From the NCBI RefSeq assembly GCF_006345805.1, contig NC_043004.1, forward strand, positions 100,440,001-100,504,000: a DNA stretch of 64,000 bases, in the 5' to 3' direction. A program made the position numbers and the translations under genes. Within the stretch, counting starts at the first letter, position 1. Every line of letters starts with the position of its first letter. Origin of the DNA: Octopus sinensis (taxonomy: Eukaryota). Below are positions 50,998-64,000 of the stretch, one piece after another. Below the pieces are notes generated by a model. It saw only the letters and a list, made by a program, of their open reading frames with translations. It searched no databases and was not told where the DNA came from.

Positions 50998-51598
50998 ATA
51001 CATATATATATATATGCATGATATCAAATCAACTAAATCAGTCTCAACTGCCTGTGAGAACCTACAAAACTATGTAGCCGCTTCTATGACTAGCTAATTA
51101 AAAGATTTCTGTTGCTAGACTCCATTTCGTACTGAAGAGATCCGACGAGATTAAAATGGAGAATATATGCGAATGTCAAGGACTCCATGATTGACTGAAA
51201 GAAATTAAACTTAATCAATTAATTGCATAAAAGTAATTTTCATATCTCTCGGCTACGAGAATAATATTAGTAATATAGATTCTGGCAAGACAATGCTCGC
51301 ACTTGGCGTAGAGTTAAAACCACCAATGAACTGAGCTATTATTTCACAACGAAAGTTTCAAAACATGCTTAAAAAAATCAATAAGTCAATTTTAAAATTC
51401 TAGTATAATTTGTAAACTACTTTTTGAAAAAGAAAAATTAGAGAGTGAAAACAATAAAAGTGATACACCGCTAAAAACGATATGTGTCTTTGATGTTGTA
51501 ATAATATGCGTCTTTGATGTTATAATAACCGATTATAAAAGATTATGAAACTTAATAAATGTATATTGTTTACTAGTCGCGAATCTATATTACCTTAC

Positions 51599-51669
51599 CC
51601 AATTTACATAGAAACTTGTCTAAAATATTATGTGCGATCAAATCATAGTTGGTTTCCGAAAAAAATAAT
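51599..51669 (-). other. Candidate exon (LFFSETNYDLIAHNILDKFLCKL)
   Basis: TGG|GTAAGG donor, weak acceptor, open in phase 2-1. Confidence 0.2.
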
Positions 51670-52037
51670 CTAGCTATTCGCTTTTATTTTAATGGAGATG
51701 TATTTTACATCAAACCTTTCTGTGTAGAATTGGTATCTTTTTTTCACCTTTAACCGTATTTATTTATTTATTCTAATTTATTATATATCAAGAATGTTTT
51801 GGAAAGTAGCTTTAAGCTAAGAACATTACTTTTTCGTTTGTCTCATTCAATCAATACCTTATTGTTTGTGTACAACTGTTTATCTACCTTTTGCTTTTAA
51901 GTATTATGTCTTATTTCTTAATCAATTCTGTACAGAACTAAAATAGAATACATAAAAATCGTATCGGGAAGCCATTATTGTTAAACTACAACTTTGCAAT
52001 GTAATTAATATATTTGACAGTTAGATAAAATACTTAC

Positions 52038-52139
52038 CTGTCTATAAATCTATCGAACAAAGACAAATATATCATGATACATAAAACTTTAATAGTTTTC
52101 TCACGTAACAAACATTGTAAACGAAGTCTGCCACTTGGG
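52038..52139 (-). other. Candidate exon
   Basis: Strong TATTTTTCTCATTTCAG acceptor and CAG|GTAAGT donor; 102 nt, open only in phase 2-2. Confidence 0.45.
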
Positions 52140-52491
52140 CTGAAATGAGAAAAATATAAGCCACGTATTTTCCTTTTCACACCACTACACCTGGTACTTT
52201 TTGTTTGAGTTTTTTTTTCTCTCTTTGTTCTTTACTATCTCCAGGTAAAATGAAACTTATATTTTAAATCCCGGCATTATTAGAAAAAAAGATGTTTAAG
52301 TAGAGAAAAGACTCAATAAGAAAATGCTTGAGCATTGTTTATCTGTGAAAGTGTTTTGCTATCACTTGTTTGTGTGCAAACAGATGTTATTTTGGATTTT
52401 CAGTAGGTTTTCATGGTGAATGTTCCTGTTGTTCAATATAAGCAATACATTTTATATACATGTTTGTGTGTGTGTGTGTGTATTTATTGGC

Positions 52492-52870
52492 GCATGCGTG
52501 GCTGTGTGGTAAGACGTTTGCCTTGCTTCTCAATCACATGGTTTCGGGTTCAGTCCTACAGCGTGGCGTCTTGGGCAAGTGTCTGGATTCGGTAGACGGA
52601 AACTGAAAGCGCATCATATATACATGTGTGTGTGTGTGTGTGGTGTGTGTGTTTTATGTGTGTGTGAGTCTGTGTTTGCCCCCTACCCCCGATATCGCTT
52701 CACAACCGATGCTGGTGAGTTTAATTCCCAGTAACTAGCGGTTCGGCGAAAGGGCTTGATACAATAAGTACAAGGCTTACAAAAATTAAACCCCAGAATC
52801 GATTTGTTCGACTAAAAACCCTTTAAGGCGGCCAAATGACTAAAACAAGTAAAAGAATAAAAGAATTAAA
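52492..52870 (+). mobile_element. Degenerate SINE family B
   Basis: GCGTGGCTGTGTGGTAAG head and tail motifs. Confidence 0.8.
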
Positions 52871-52924
52871 GTATATATGTATACTTATACATGCATATAC
52901 ATATACACATACATAGATACATTC

Positions 52925-52955
<31 letters not shown>

Positions 52956-54070
52956 TATATAATGTATTGTCGTAGGATTCATCTCCTTTCTGAGAATTCT
53001 ATTAAAATATACACATATCTATATAGAGAGAGGGGAGAGAGAAAGAAGAATGATAGAGGATGTTTGCGTATATAAGTGGCTGAGTATACCTCATAAATGT
53101 TTTCCGCTGGAAACAGCAGCAGGTTACACTTTGTGATAAGCAAACTCTTTAACTAACAGTTATTTTGCAAGATTCTAGTCACATAATCCCACTCTTTAGA
53201 TATAACTTCATCCGAAGGTAATGTGTAGCAGAGTCGAAGCTATCAACTATTCGACTATACTTGTACCCATATATTTAATGTTTTTGTTTTGTTTTGGTTC
53301 TTTGCTTTCATCGATAAAGATATTTCCTGCCAATAGTGAAAGAGCCTATTTCTAACCTAGATCCAATGTTCCTTGATTGGAATTTCAATATTAACAACAG
53401 GATATTTTTGTTGTTTGTTTGTTTGTTTGTTTGTATGTATGTATGTATTTGTGCAGATTTGTATGTTTTGATTTATGTATGTATTCTTATGCATATAGTT
53501 GCATATCTAGACATGCTCATATATATTAAATTAATTAACTTTTGGTAAGTTTTATTTTTACAGTTTCAGTGACGGATTGGATATGTAGTCTTCGAACTAG
53601 CGTTCTTCTTTCTGGTTTTGAGAAGCCTAATTTTTCAAGAGCGGTATTTAGGCAGTGTGTTACATATCCCAGGGCCCCAAATACTTACAGGTATAAACTT
53701 GAAATTGTAATCTGGATAGAGTCACTACAAATTTCTCACTAGTTTAGCGTAGGTATTCTCTTTTTCACTGCTATGTATGTATGTATGTATGTATGTATGT
53801 ATGTATGTATGTATGTATGTATGTGTATGTGTGTGTATGTATGTATGTATGCATGTATGTATATATGTATGTATGTATGTATGAAAGCATGCATGTTTGA
53901 ATAGGAGTGTGTTTGGTGTTAGTGTGTTTCAATCATTCTATATCTTTATCATGATCTCTCAATTTATTTCAGTCCCTCAATGGCGTCCGCCATGTTACTC
54001 TCTCGGTGTGACAGATTCTCCTATCACATCCCAACCCTCATTTCTTTTCTCTCCCTCTCTCCCTCCCATC

Positions 54071-54105
<35 letters not shown>

Positions 54106-54299
54106 CTAAACCTCTATTTTCCGCCTGCCAACTTCGTCTCAATGATTCTATAACTGTATCTCACTCCCTTTCCATTTCGCAAGCGTACCAGACCACCATT
54201 ATACGAACCATGAAACATAAATCACATAGTCTAACATTTTATATCCCAACTCATTTCACTTGTGCTTCCATTGTGCGTAGGGACAAGGAACACACACAT

Positions 54300-54308
54300 T
54301 TATATATA

Positions 54309-54374
<66 letters not shown>

Positions 54375-54549
54375 GAAGACAAGGGTATGGATACACAAAC
54401 ACATACCCATAAATATACAAAAACGCTGCCTGCAAACATAGATAAGTATATCATTATATAAGTGAGTATGTGAATATATATATATATATACATATTATAT
54501 ATATATATATTATATATATATATATCCATATATATATATGTGTATATAT

Positions 54550-54588
<39 letters not shown>

Positions 54589-54595
54589 TATAATA

Positions 54596-54652
<57 letters not shown>

Positions 54653-55046
54653 GCATACAGACATTGATGTATGTATGAAAGCTTGTATGTATACATGTAA
54701 ATGGTTTCTATACTGCACTTGCGAGTTAGTCTGTCTGGGCGGTATAGTCTAACATTTTTTATGTTCAAAGTAAATTGTGTTTTATCGAGATACATAAATA
54801 AATATATCTACGAATTTATACAGAAAAGTATGTTCTTCATTTCTGTATACATACACAAGCATCTGCGCAAGGCTGTGTTTTACTGCGTACATATATCAAT
54901 ATACATATATATATATATATATACAAGTGCATATGCATCTATTTACTTATATATATATATATATTCACGTATGTACCTATCTATCTATTTTTTATATACT
55001 CACACATGCATACATATTAACATATATATATGTATATAATCATGTG

Positions 55047-55082
<36 letters not shown>

Positions 55083-55383
55083 CTATATATAATATATAAT
55101 AACCACGTATATTATATATAATATGTATGTATATATATATATATATATATATCTATGTATGTATGCATGTATGTATATTCTTATACGTATGTATGTGTGC
55201 GTACGTGCGTGTGCGCGTGTGTATCTGTTTTGTATATATATGGCATCCGTACAGGTGAAACTGTGTTTAGACAGAAAGAGCCCGCTAGAGAGACAGCGAG
55301 GTATTGGCGGAGGAAAGGGTCGTATGTTAAAAACATTATACTTATAAGCGTATATACCTATGTATGAATGCATATACATATAT

Positions 55384-55453
<70 letters not shown>

Positions 55454-55605
55454 CATATACAAGATAAATAAGTGTAGTATTACTTTATACTTCTCGTAAT
55501 TTACTGTTTCCTCTTTCCAGGTGATCGAGCGGAAACGAGAAGCACAATTAACCAATTGCGAAATTTCAGCTTCCAATTATACATACATACATGCATACAT
55601 ACATA

Positions 55606-55645
<40 letters not shown>

Positions 55646-55966
55646 TATATTATATATATATATATATAGATATATGTATGTATGTATGTATGTATTATGT
55701 ATGTATGTATGTATGTATGTATGTATGTGTATAATTACTGCCCGGATATTTTTTGCCTGTGGAGTAGAAGAGGAACGAGGTATTTTGCTAAAGGACATTT
55801 ATTGCATGTCCCAGGAATCGAATCCCGTATCTTATGATCGTAAATGATAAAATCTCCACCACTATACCAAGTTCCTCCTCCGTCTTTATATAGAAAAATA
55901 CATAGAAAATTTCATACATACGCACACATCATATATACAAAAATGCATACATGCATCCATACATAC

Positions 55967-56001
<35 letters not shown>

Positions 56002-56087
56002 ATATATATATATATACAGACGCACGCACAGAGACATGTACATATGTATATATATGTTTATGCATAAATGCAGATAGATAGATAGCG

Positions 56088-56139
<52 letters not shown>

Positions 56140-56182
56140 GATAGATAGATAGATAGATAGATAATAATAGAGATAGATATAT

Positions 56183-56231
<49 letters not shown>

Positions 56232-56262
56232 CCGACATACATTAGAGACAGATAGATAGATG

Positions 56263-56317
<55 letters not shown>

Positions 56318-56374
56318 GATAGATAATAGATAGATAGATAGATAGATAGATAGTATAGATAGATAGATAGATAG

Positions 56375-56413
<39 letters not shown>

Positions 56414-56420
56414 GCAGACA
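54300..56420. repeat. Microsatellite-dominated region ((TA)n, (TATG)n, (GATA)n) with a SINE remnant near 55720-55880
   Basis: Direct reading. Confidence 0.85.
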
Positions 56421-56718
56421 CACAAGTATACACGTTACATAACTAAGTATAGTTTCTATAATATTTTCTAGTTTTTGAACAACCAAAAGAAATACGTTTG
56501 CCGTTTGGTTCAGTTATGCCATGTGGATGGGGGTGAGTGCGTATATATATAATATATATGTATGAATGTATGTATACATATGCATATGCTATTATATACA
56601 CTCATGTATAAACATACATATATATATATGTATACGCATGAATATATGTATATGTATATACACACACATATATATATATATATGTGTGTGTAGAGAGAGA
56701 GAGTGAGAGAGAGAGAGA

Positions 56719-56785
<67 letters not shown>

Positions 56786-57289
56786 CATAGACACATACAT
56801 ATGCACACATGCCCACACGCACATTCGCAACAACACGTACACACACATATACATACACGCACTCGCACACAAAGAGAGAGAGAGAGATGGAGTGGCAGAA
56901 AGAGATGCCCATATAATGATTTTTCCTGAAGGAAATTTTGAGGCAGTTTGTATGAGCGTATATGTATTTGTAAATATGTTTATAAGTAAACATGTATATA
57001 TATCTATACATATTTATGACAGAAATTTAGTAGTTATTTTGACTCTTAGGAAATAATTCCAATTCTCCACAGAATTCTGTCAAATGCCGTTCTATTCCAG
57101 ATAAATTGATACCAAAATAAAACTTCATACTTCAAGTTTTCTGAACGTATATATCGTATATTCCGTGGTTCGAATCTTCTAACCAGCTTCATATTATTCT
57201 CTGATATTACACTTTTGTAACTTCATCAGTTGTAGGCAATTCAACGGTGCTGCACCATGATGATTGCATCAATGAGACAGTTTGAACTA

Positions 57290-57650
57290 CTAGCAGAGAC
57301 GAAAAGAATTACGACTCCACTCCCTTGGGCGAAGACCGTTGAGATATGCAGTGATAGCCATACGTTATACCCTAGAGGGTGTGGCGCCAAACTTTGACAT
57401 CGATCGTTTCACCGGCCCCGACAAGGACATTACTACACTGTTCCAAATGTCCCACCCATCTTGTCTACAGTAAGGACCACGTACCACAAGAGATTGGAAT
57501 TCAAAGGCCCATTGCGGTTTAATATCTTTCCAAAAAGTCTGAAAGATCTACATGGAGGGAGAGTATAAGTTTCAAAAGGCATCTTGATCTTCTAGTGTCC
57601 AAGATTCCAAATGAATCTACAGCATAGTAAAAAGCACAAACGCGGGGAGT
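57290..57650 (+). mobile_element. Old CR1-clade LINE 3' fragment
   Basis: RLHSL..LEGVAPN..EFKGPLRFNIFPK.L..FKRHLD....IPNE. Confidence 0.6.
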
Positions 57651-57849
57651 GCAGAATAAATTAGTTCCTATTCACATCATGTGTTTCGAAGGTGATACCA
57701 AAACTAGTACATATCACTTGTTTCTGCTATAAAATGGGGGGTAAGCAAAAGCCGAAGGGATTGGTCTACGGAGTATGAAAATATCATTTGTAAATTGTGC
57801 AGAATGTACAAATTCTGCTGTGCTAAAACTCTCGTGTTACTGAAAATAC

Positions 57850-58079
57850 TGATGACGACGATGGTGACGTTGATGGTGGTGGTCATGGTAGCGGCGATGG
57901 TAGTTGACGTCGTCGTCGTCGTACTGCTCCTCGTGGGGCTGGTGCCGGTGGTTGCGGTGTGGTGGTGATGGTGGTGGCGGCGGTGATGGTGGTGGTGGTA
58001 ATGACGTTGATGGTGATGGTATTGGTGGTGGTGATGCTGATGATGATGACGACGACGACGACGATGATGTATGAGTATA

Positions 58080-58110
<31 letters not shown>

Positions 58111-58150
58111 CTCGATCATCGCCATCATACTCTCATCATCATTCTCATCA
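57850..58150. repeat. (GGT/GAT/GAC)n low-complexity block
   Basis: Direct reading. Confidence 0.85.
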
Positions 58151-58309
58151 ACATTGCTCGTACATAACGCCCACGAACAAACACGTTCCTTTACATAACA
58201 TACCTCCTATATACACAGCACGAAGAAACACTACACAGTAATCATAAACACATACTTACACACACATATCACAACACACACACAATACACACACACACAC
58301 ACATACACA

Positions 58310-58348
<39 letters not shown>

Positions 58349-59084
58349 ACACGTGCGTACGCATGCATATTTACATCCATACGCAGTGTTTAAAAACTCA
58401 TAAATCACAAATATACACTGAAAAAAAACGCTCGCGTCACACAAGAATACATACGCATACACACACTCACGTACTCATACACAACTCACACGCCCACCCA
58501 TATATACACACAACACTCAGACATGTATATGCACACTCACTCGCTCGTCCATTCACATCTATGTGTTCGAAGCGAAGTAAGTAGAAAAACAGGTTTTGGA
58601 TGAGAAGCAGCCTTGATTTCGCCTTAATATCATGACGGAATAATGGATTCGCATACAATGGAAACCTAAGTAAATAATTCATGTATATGTCGCTTATATT
58701 CTAGGACGATGAAGTGCGTATATGCGTGTGCCAGTGCATATTTGTACATATGTTTATATATGCATATATATATATAATATATATATATAATATATATATA
58801 TATATGTTGTGTGTGTGTGTGTGTGTGTATGTGTATCTGTGTCTGTGTCTGTGTCTGTGTCTGTTCTGTGTATGTGCGTGTATATGTAATATAGAATTAA
58901 ATATATATATACACACACAACATCGGTGTATATATATTATAAAAAACATAGATATATACATATGTTTTATATATAAACACATTAATACGCACGTTTATAC
59001 ATATAGATGTATACACAGTCATCAATATACATCAATATGTATACACAAGCACACAAACATATATGCTTATGCATATATATATAG

Positions 59085-59225
59085 GGAGAATTCACAAAAA
59101 AAAACAAAAGACGAAGACAGGTGGTGCAGACAACAATCAGATGTATTAGTTTAACGCTTGGGAAGTGAAAAAGCCTTTAACGTTTCGAGCCTACGCTCTT
59201 CCACAGGAAGAAAAATAAGAGAGAA
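59085..59225 (-). mobile_element. pLTR-like fragment with degenerate minimal hammerhead (59174-59210)
   Basis: CTGTGGA-A-GAGC(GTAG)GCTC-GAA-ACGT-T; 3' end joined to a TA run. Confidence 0.6.
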
Positions 59226-59324
59226 ATTAAAGAATGTTTTCTGCCTAGCGATCTAGTGACTATCTAGTAAGCTGAAACTTCGAAGTCACTGAGAAACGTT
59301 TACTGATCTTTATATATATATATA

Positions 59325-59610
59325 AAGGGCTGACCAATGTTTTTGAGTGGATTTAGTAGAAGGAAACTGAAAGAAGCTTGTCACATATATACATGTGTGT
59401 ATGTGTCTTTGTGTCTGTATTGTCCGCCAATCAGCTTTTGAATCAATTGTCCCTTTAAATTAGTTTTTCATCAAAAGAGACCTATAGTATAAACAGCAGG
59501 CTTATAAGAACAATAAGTACGGGTTTCGATTCATTTGACTAAAATTTCTTCAAGGCGGTGCCCCGGTATAGCCGCGGTCTAATGTCTGAAACATGTAAAA
59601 GATAAAGAAA
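59325..59610 (+). mobile_element. Degenerate SINE family B, 3' part
   Basis: GAGTGGATTTAGTAGAAGGAAACTGAAAGAAGC and tail motifs. Confidence 0.7.
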
Positions 59611-59687
59611 TATTGTCGTCGTCGGCTGCTCGTCGTAAGTCGACATATGTATGTGTGTGTATATACACACACACATATATATATGCA

Positions 59688-59796
<109 letters not shown>

Positions 59797-60025
59797 GCAT
59801 AGAAACACGCAGTAGGAGCGCATAATTGCACGAGTAATTTCTTTTATACGAGCCGAAACCGTGATAATTTTTTCTAAAGTACGAGCGTAAATTCGCAATT
59901 CGAGCACACAAATCGTCCCATCTTTAATGAAGCCATTTTACATATTTGGAAATTGATTCATGAAACGAGTAATCGTAAGACAAGCTCGGTCATGGAACGA
60001 ATTAAACTCGTACTGCTAAGTATCA

Positions 60026-60056
<31 letters not shown>

Positions 60057-60281
60057 CTAATCAATATAGGGTGGCAAAAAAATTTTGTAGAATTCTCTTT
60101 GCCACCAGCGGCCTAGTGGGAAAAAATTAAATAGTCATAGACCATTTTTAAGTTCAACATCAACAATCAAGGAACGGCCATGATAGGCCATTCACCCACT
60201 AGAATAACAGCCAAAGCTTCAACCGCAAATAAAGATTAATTCCGTAAACAGGAGAAAATTTAAAAAACATTACCCTGTAAT

Positions 60282-60384
60282 TTCTTGTACGATGCACCGT
60301 TTCATCTGCTGTTTAATGGTAAACTACCTGATTAAATAAAATCAAGCCAATCTTCCATAGGCCCTCAGATTCTTCACGCAAGAA
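60282..60384 (-). ncRNA. Type I hammerhead ribozyme (one extra base in the core in this copy)
   Basis: Reverse complement of 60943-61045, but core reads CGTGAAGA. Confidence 0.6.
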
Positions 60385-60942
60385 TAGCCAAGTCGGAACA
60401 GATATTTTCACGAGGCATTTCCGACCCTGCCAAGGTAATATCTGACCTAAAATTTTCAAATCGTCGCACTCGCGCCAAATTATCGGCAGCAAATAAATAT
60501 AAGCCGTCGATTCCATTACGGAATTACCAGAAAATCATAACTAATCAATATAGGGTGGCAAAAAAAATTTGTATAATCTCTTTGCCACCAGCGGCCTAGT
60601 GGGAAAAAATTAAATAGTCATAGACCATTTTTAAGTTCAACATCAACAATCAAGGAACGGCCATGATAGGCCATTCACCACTAGAAATAACAGCCAAAGC
60701 TTCAACCGCAAATAAAGATTAATTCCGTAACGGAGAAAATTTAAAAAACAGTTGCCACTATATTGCCACCCTATATTGATTAGTTATGAATTTTCTGGTT
60801 TAATTCCGTAATGGAATCGACGGCTTATATTTATTTGCTGCCGATAAATTTGGCGCGAGTGCGACGATTTGAAAATTTTAGGTCAGATATTACCTTGGCA
60901 GGTCGAAATGCCTCGTGAAAATATCTGTTCCGACTTGGCTAT

Positions 60943-61045
60943 TTCTTGCTGAAGAATCTGAGGGCTATGGAAGATTGGCTTGATTTAATTTAATCAGGTT
61001 AGTTTTACCATTAAACAGCAGATGAAACGGTGCATCGTACAAGAA
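60943..61045 (+). ncRNA. Type I hammerhead ribozyme with large stem II insertion
   Basis: TTCTTG-CTGAAGA-ATCTG..CAGAT-GAA-ACGGTGCATCGT-A-CAAGAA. Confidence 0.85.
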
Positions 61046-61166
61046 ATTACAGGGTAAATGTTTTTTAATTTTCTCCTGTTTACGGAATAATCTTTATTTG
61101 CGGTTGAAGCTTCGGCTGTTATTTCTAGTGGGTGAATGGCCTATCATGGCCGTTCCTTGATTGTTG

Positions 61167-61197
<31 letters not shown>

Positions 61198-61198
<1 letters not shown>

Positions 61199-61320
61199 AG
61201 GCTCGAAACGTAAAAGACTTGTTTTATTTATATTCCTGAGCGCCATACTAATACAATTGTTTGTTTGTATTGCACCTGCCTTCGTCTTTTGTTTATTTTC
61301 ATAAAGCTTCCCGTTATATA
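61198..61320 (+). mobile_element. pLTR-like fragment starting inside a minimal hammerhead (GGCTCGAAACGTAAAAG), (TA)n on both sides
   Basis: Related to 59085-59225. Confidence 0.6.
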
Positions 61321-61870
61321 TATATACATACATACATACATTTATGCCTTTTCTACGTATATATGTGTGCACAATATTCTTTATGGTCGATATTGTAGCG
61401 GTTATGAGTTTTATATTCAACGGAATTCCTTTTCCTGGAGGGTTCTCCTGTGGATGTCATCATGGAGTTAGTTTCTGCTGTTTCTGTAACTTTTCAATTT
61501 AATATTTTACGTCAGATCGAAGAGGGTTTCTTCGAAATGTGAAAGCCACTTATTATTCAATGAGGTTTTTTTGGGTTTTGAACCAAAATAGAGCCTGCTG
61601 ATGACATCAAACCCATCAACTCCTTTATCACAGTAGCAGGTTTGCAATATTGTAAATTTATTTAATATTTTGCTGTTTTCTGTTTTGACATTTCTGACGG
61701 AAATTTCATATTGCCATATGCTATCGTTATGTTATATAGTTATTTTTATTATCATTACTATTATAGTTTTGTTATTATTGTTGTTGCTTTTGCTGTTGTT
61801 GTTGATTTTTACTTTAGTTGAAGTGTTGCTTATTCATCGTGATTATTTTGCATTGGTTTAAGTCGCTTAC

Positions 61871-61976
61871 CAGTCACGCTTATATAGCAGTACAAATATC
61901 CGTAAATATAACGTTAAGTTATCAAGGAATCTCAAAAATGATAAAAGCGCGATGAGATGAAGTGTTTCATTTTCCT
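61871..61976 (-). other. Candidate exon (ENETLHLIALLSFLRFLDNLTLYLRIFVLLYKRD)
   Basis: CTG|GTAAGC donor, TGTAG acceptor, open in phase 1-2. Confidence 0.2.
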
Positions 61977-62079
61977 CTACAACAACATTGCTATTTTAAA
62001 ACTCATCAGATGCTGGATGTAAGAGTGGACGATGAAACATTTTTACTCATAGCAGGGTGAATGTGTACGTGACTGTATG

Positions 62080-63361
62080 TATTGGGTTGGCAACTAAGTT
62101 CCCGCCGTCTTTTTAAATTTTGGAATCTATTTTCTCGAGAGCTCTATATTTGAATCATTTTGGAATCTATTTTGTTTTTTAGCTTTTTATTTATTTTTGG
62201 GGGAGTGGGGGGTCTTTTTTCTAGTTAATTTTAGTTAATTTTTGTTTATTTTCAGATCATTGAAATGGAATGTCAAGTTAAGAAAAACGAGCATTTTCGA
62301 CACCTCCTCCTTTTTGCTTTTAATCAAGGTTCTGAGGCTGCAAAAGCTGCTCGCGACATATGTGATGTGTATGGAGAGGGTGCCATAGCTGAAAGAACCG
62401 CTCGTGATTGGTCTGCCAAGTACAAAAATGGAAATTTTGACCTCAAAGATGCACCTTGTTCGATGAAGAGCGATGAAACCGACTTTTGCACGAAATTTCT
62501 CGTCACACCACAAGGGTACTGGTAAAGAAAATGGAATGCTCCCACACTGCTATAGAGAAGCATCTTCACTCGGTGGGAAAGGTTTAAAAGTATGGGGAAT
62601 GGGTTCCGCATGCTATAAGTTACAGCAAAAATCTACGAGCCATAATCTCCGCTGGTTTGATTGCTCGTCACCGCCCAACTCATGGACACAAGCAACGATT
62701 TCTTTACGGAATCGTTACTGGCGACGAAAAATGGTGCCTGTACATTAATGTTAAGCAGCGTAAGAAATGGCTTAGCCCCAGTAAACAAGCGACACCGCGT
62801 GTGAAACAAGATCTTCATCCGCTTATAACGATGTTGTGCATATGGTGGGACTGGAAAGGGATTATCCATTACGAATTGCTTGACCGGAACCAAACGGTAA
62901 ACGCGGAACTCTATGTTCAACAGATGGAACGACTCAACACGGCTATTCAAGAAAAAAGACCTAATCATCAGCATGAAGTTCTGCTCCACGACAACGCCCG
63001 CCCTCATATCGCCAATATGACCAAGGTAGCCATTCAAACGCATGGCTGGGAAGTGCTATCACAACCACCGTAGTCTCTTGATTCAGCACTAACGGATTTG
63101 TACCTCTTTCGATCTCTTTCAAATGCTATGCGCGGAGTTTCGTTCAATACTGATGCAGAATTGAGAGCCTGGTTGGATCAATTTTTCGAGTCAAAATCGG
63201 GTGACTTCTACCAACGAGTTATTGAAAATCTTGTTGAACTTTAGGAAGAAGTTGTAAACAAGGGTGAATACATTATTGATTAATTAGTTGTTATTTTTTA
63301 TTAAAACTTTTAAAATCTTTAAATTTTAAAAACCGGCGGGAACTTAGTTGCCAACCCAATA
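62080..63361 (+). mobile_element. Full-length mariner transposon
   Basis: TIRs TTGGGTTGGCAACTAAGTTCCCGCC at both ends, TA target duplication. Confidence 0.95.
62265..63283 (+). pseudogene. Mariner DD(34)D transposase, disrupted
   Basis: MECQVKKNEHFRHLLLF, WVPH, IVTGDEKW, MLCIWWD, LHDNARPH, GEYIID*; frameshifts and stops. Confidence 0.93.
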
Positions 63362-63616
63362 TATTTGTCGGGTTATATGACAAAAAAACTACTTGAATGT
63401 CTAGCTTGGTAGAAGACAGTACTAAGAGACACCCTGTCATATCATAAATACCTGACCTAAAAGTCCTTCTGCATTGACTGCGTTGTTAATCAATAACAAA
63501 ATACTGAAAATACCTCAAACAGTGACTTCTAAAGAGTCTGTTAATTCTCTATACAATACAGTTGTTTTTGTGTTTTGGCCCATATTACCGAACAAGTAAA
63601 GAGTTAAGATTCTTAC

Positions 63617-63751
63617 TATATTCTCGATACCAAATAATCATTTTTTTTCCACAACTGCCCTTCCGGCAATCAGATGAACTGTGGAAAAACATGTCTGTCA
63701 AAAGGTAGTAAGAGCTATTCGACGTCAACGAATATCTGTAGATATCACAGA
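63617..63751 (-). other. Candidate exon (CDIYRYSLTSNSSYYLLTDMFFHSSSDCRKGSCGKKMIIWYREY)
   Basis: ATA|GTAAGA donor, weak CCTAG acceptor, 135 nt open in phase 1-1. Confidence 0.25.
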
Positions 63752-63894
63752 CTAGGTTGATAACTTCGCATCATTAGCTACAGCAGCTTGAATGAACCTT
63801 CACCACGGATAGTGCAAGCTGCAGTATGATGTAGTAATAAGCGAAACATCAGTTTTTTAAAAGTTGAAGAGCAAACACTTCAGCCTGGTGAAAC

Positions 63895-64000
63895 GCGGCT
63901 TTGGTCACGTTGTAATATCACGTGATCACGTGACCGACCAGACCATCAGATGTTGTCACACATCGCTGGTCACAATGCGTTCGCATTGTTTTAGCCTACG
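63895..64000 (-). mobile_element. 3' part of a SINE-type repeat cut by the window edge
   Basis: TCACGTGATCACGTGACCGACCAG..CGCTGGTCACAATGCG recalled as a common octopus SINE tail; not verified. Confidence 0.5.

Larger units (their letters stand above)
60056..61168. mobile_element. HHR retroelement locus: 484-bp unit x1.4 plus inverted fold-back copy of about 405 bp, flanked by (TA)n
   Basis: ACTAATCAATATAGGGTGGC at 60056 and 60540; 60763-61168 is the reverse complement of 60159-60561. Confidence 0.9.

Noticed and set aside
55490-55580. Plus-strand polypyrimidine acceptor TTCCTCTTTCCAG (similar one near 52245)
   Set aside because: No usable donor or supported exon follows; insufficient evidence.
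61955-62015. CTGATGA..GAAAC on the minus strand as a hammerhead
   Set aside because: Stems I and III cannot form.

Overview
Eukaryotic, repeat-saturated, AT-rich DNA. The SINE families and dense (TA)n/(GATA)n/(AAT)n microsatellites point to an octopus genome (inference from recalled repeat families; no search run). I found no intact host gene and no CRISPR array, and most listed ORFs are microsatellite or antisense artefacts. Recognisable retroelements are a near full-length CR1-clade LINE (9221-13538) whose ORF1 has an unusual Myb/SANT-like plus 2xCCCH architecture, a near full-length Tx1/L1-clade LINE (22797-28960, minus), a head-to-tail chain of R4/Dong pieces in (AAT)n, and further LINE fragments. 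There are also two mariner elements, a MITE and about 18 tRNA-derived SINEs. Strong splice signals suggest a minus-strand spliced transcript of unknown coding status. The most interesting signal is a set of non-coding, mostly (TA)n-embedded units carrying type I hammerhead ribozymes with palindromic stem III, resembling Penelope-like pseudo-LTRs or retrozymes. They occur as tandem plus inverted fold-back structures at 905-1853, 33411-35313, 37940-38347 and 60056-61168. At three loci the fold-back junction lies about 7-21 nt from the predicted ribozyme cleavage site, suggesting the genomic palindromes record reverse transcription of self-cleaved RNA.
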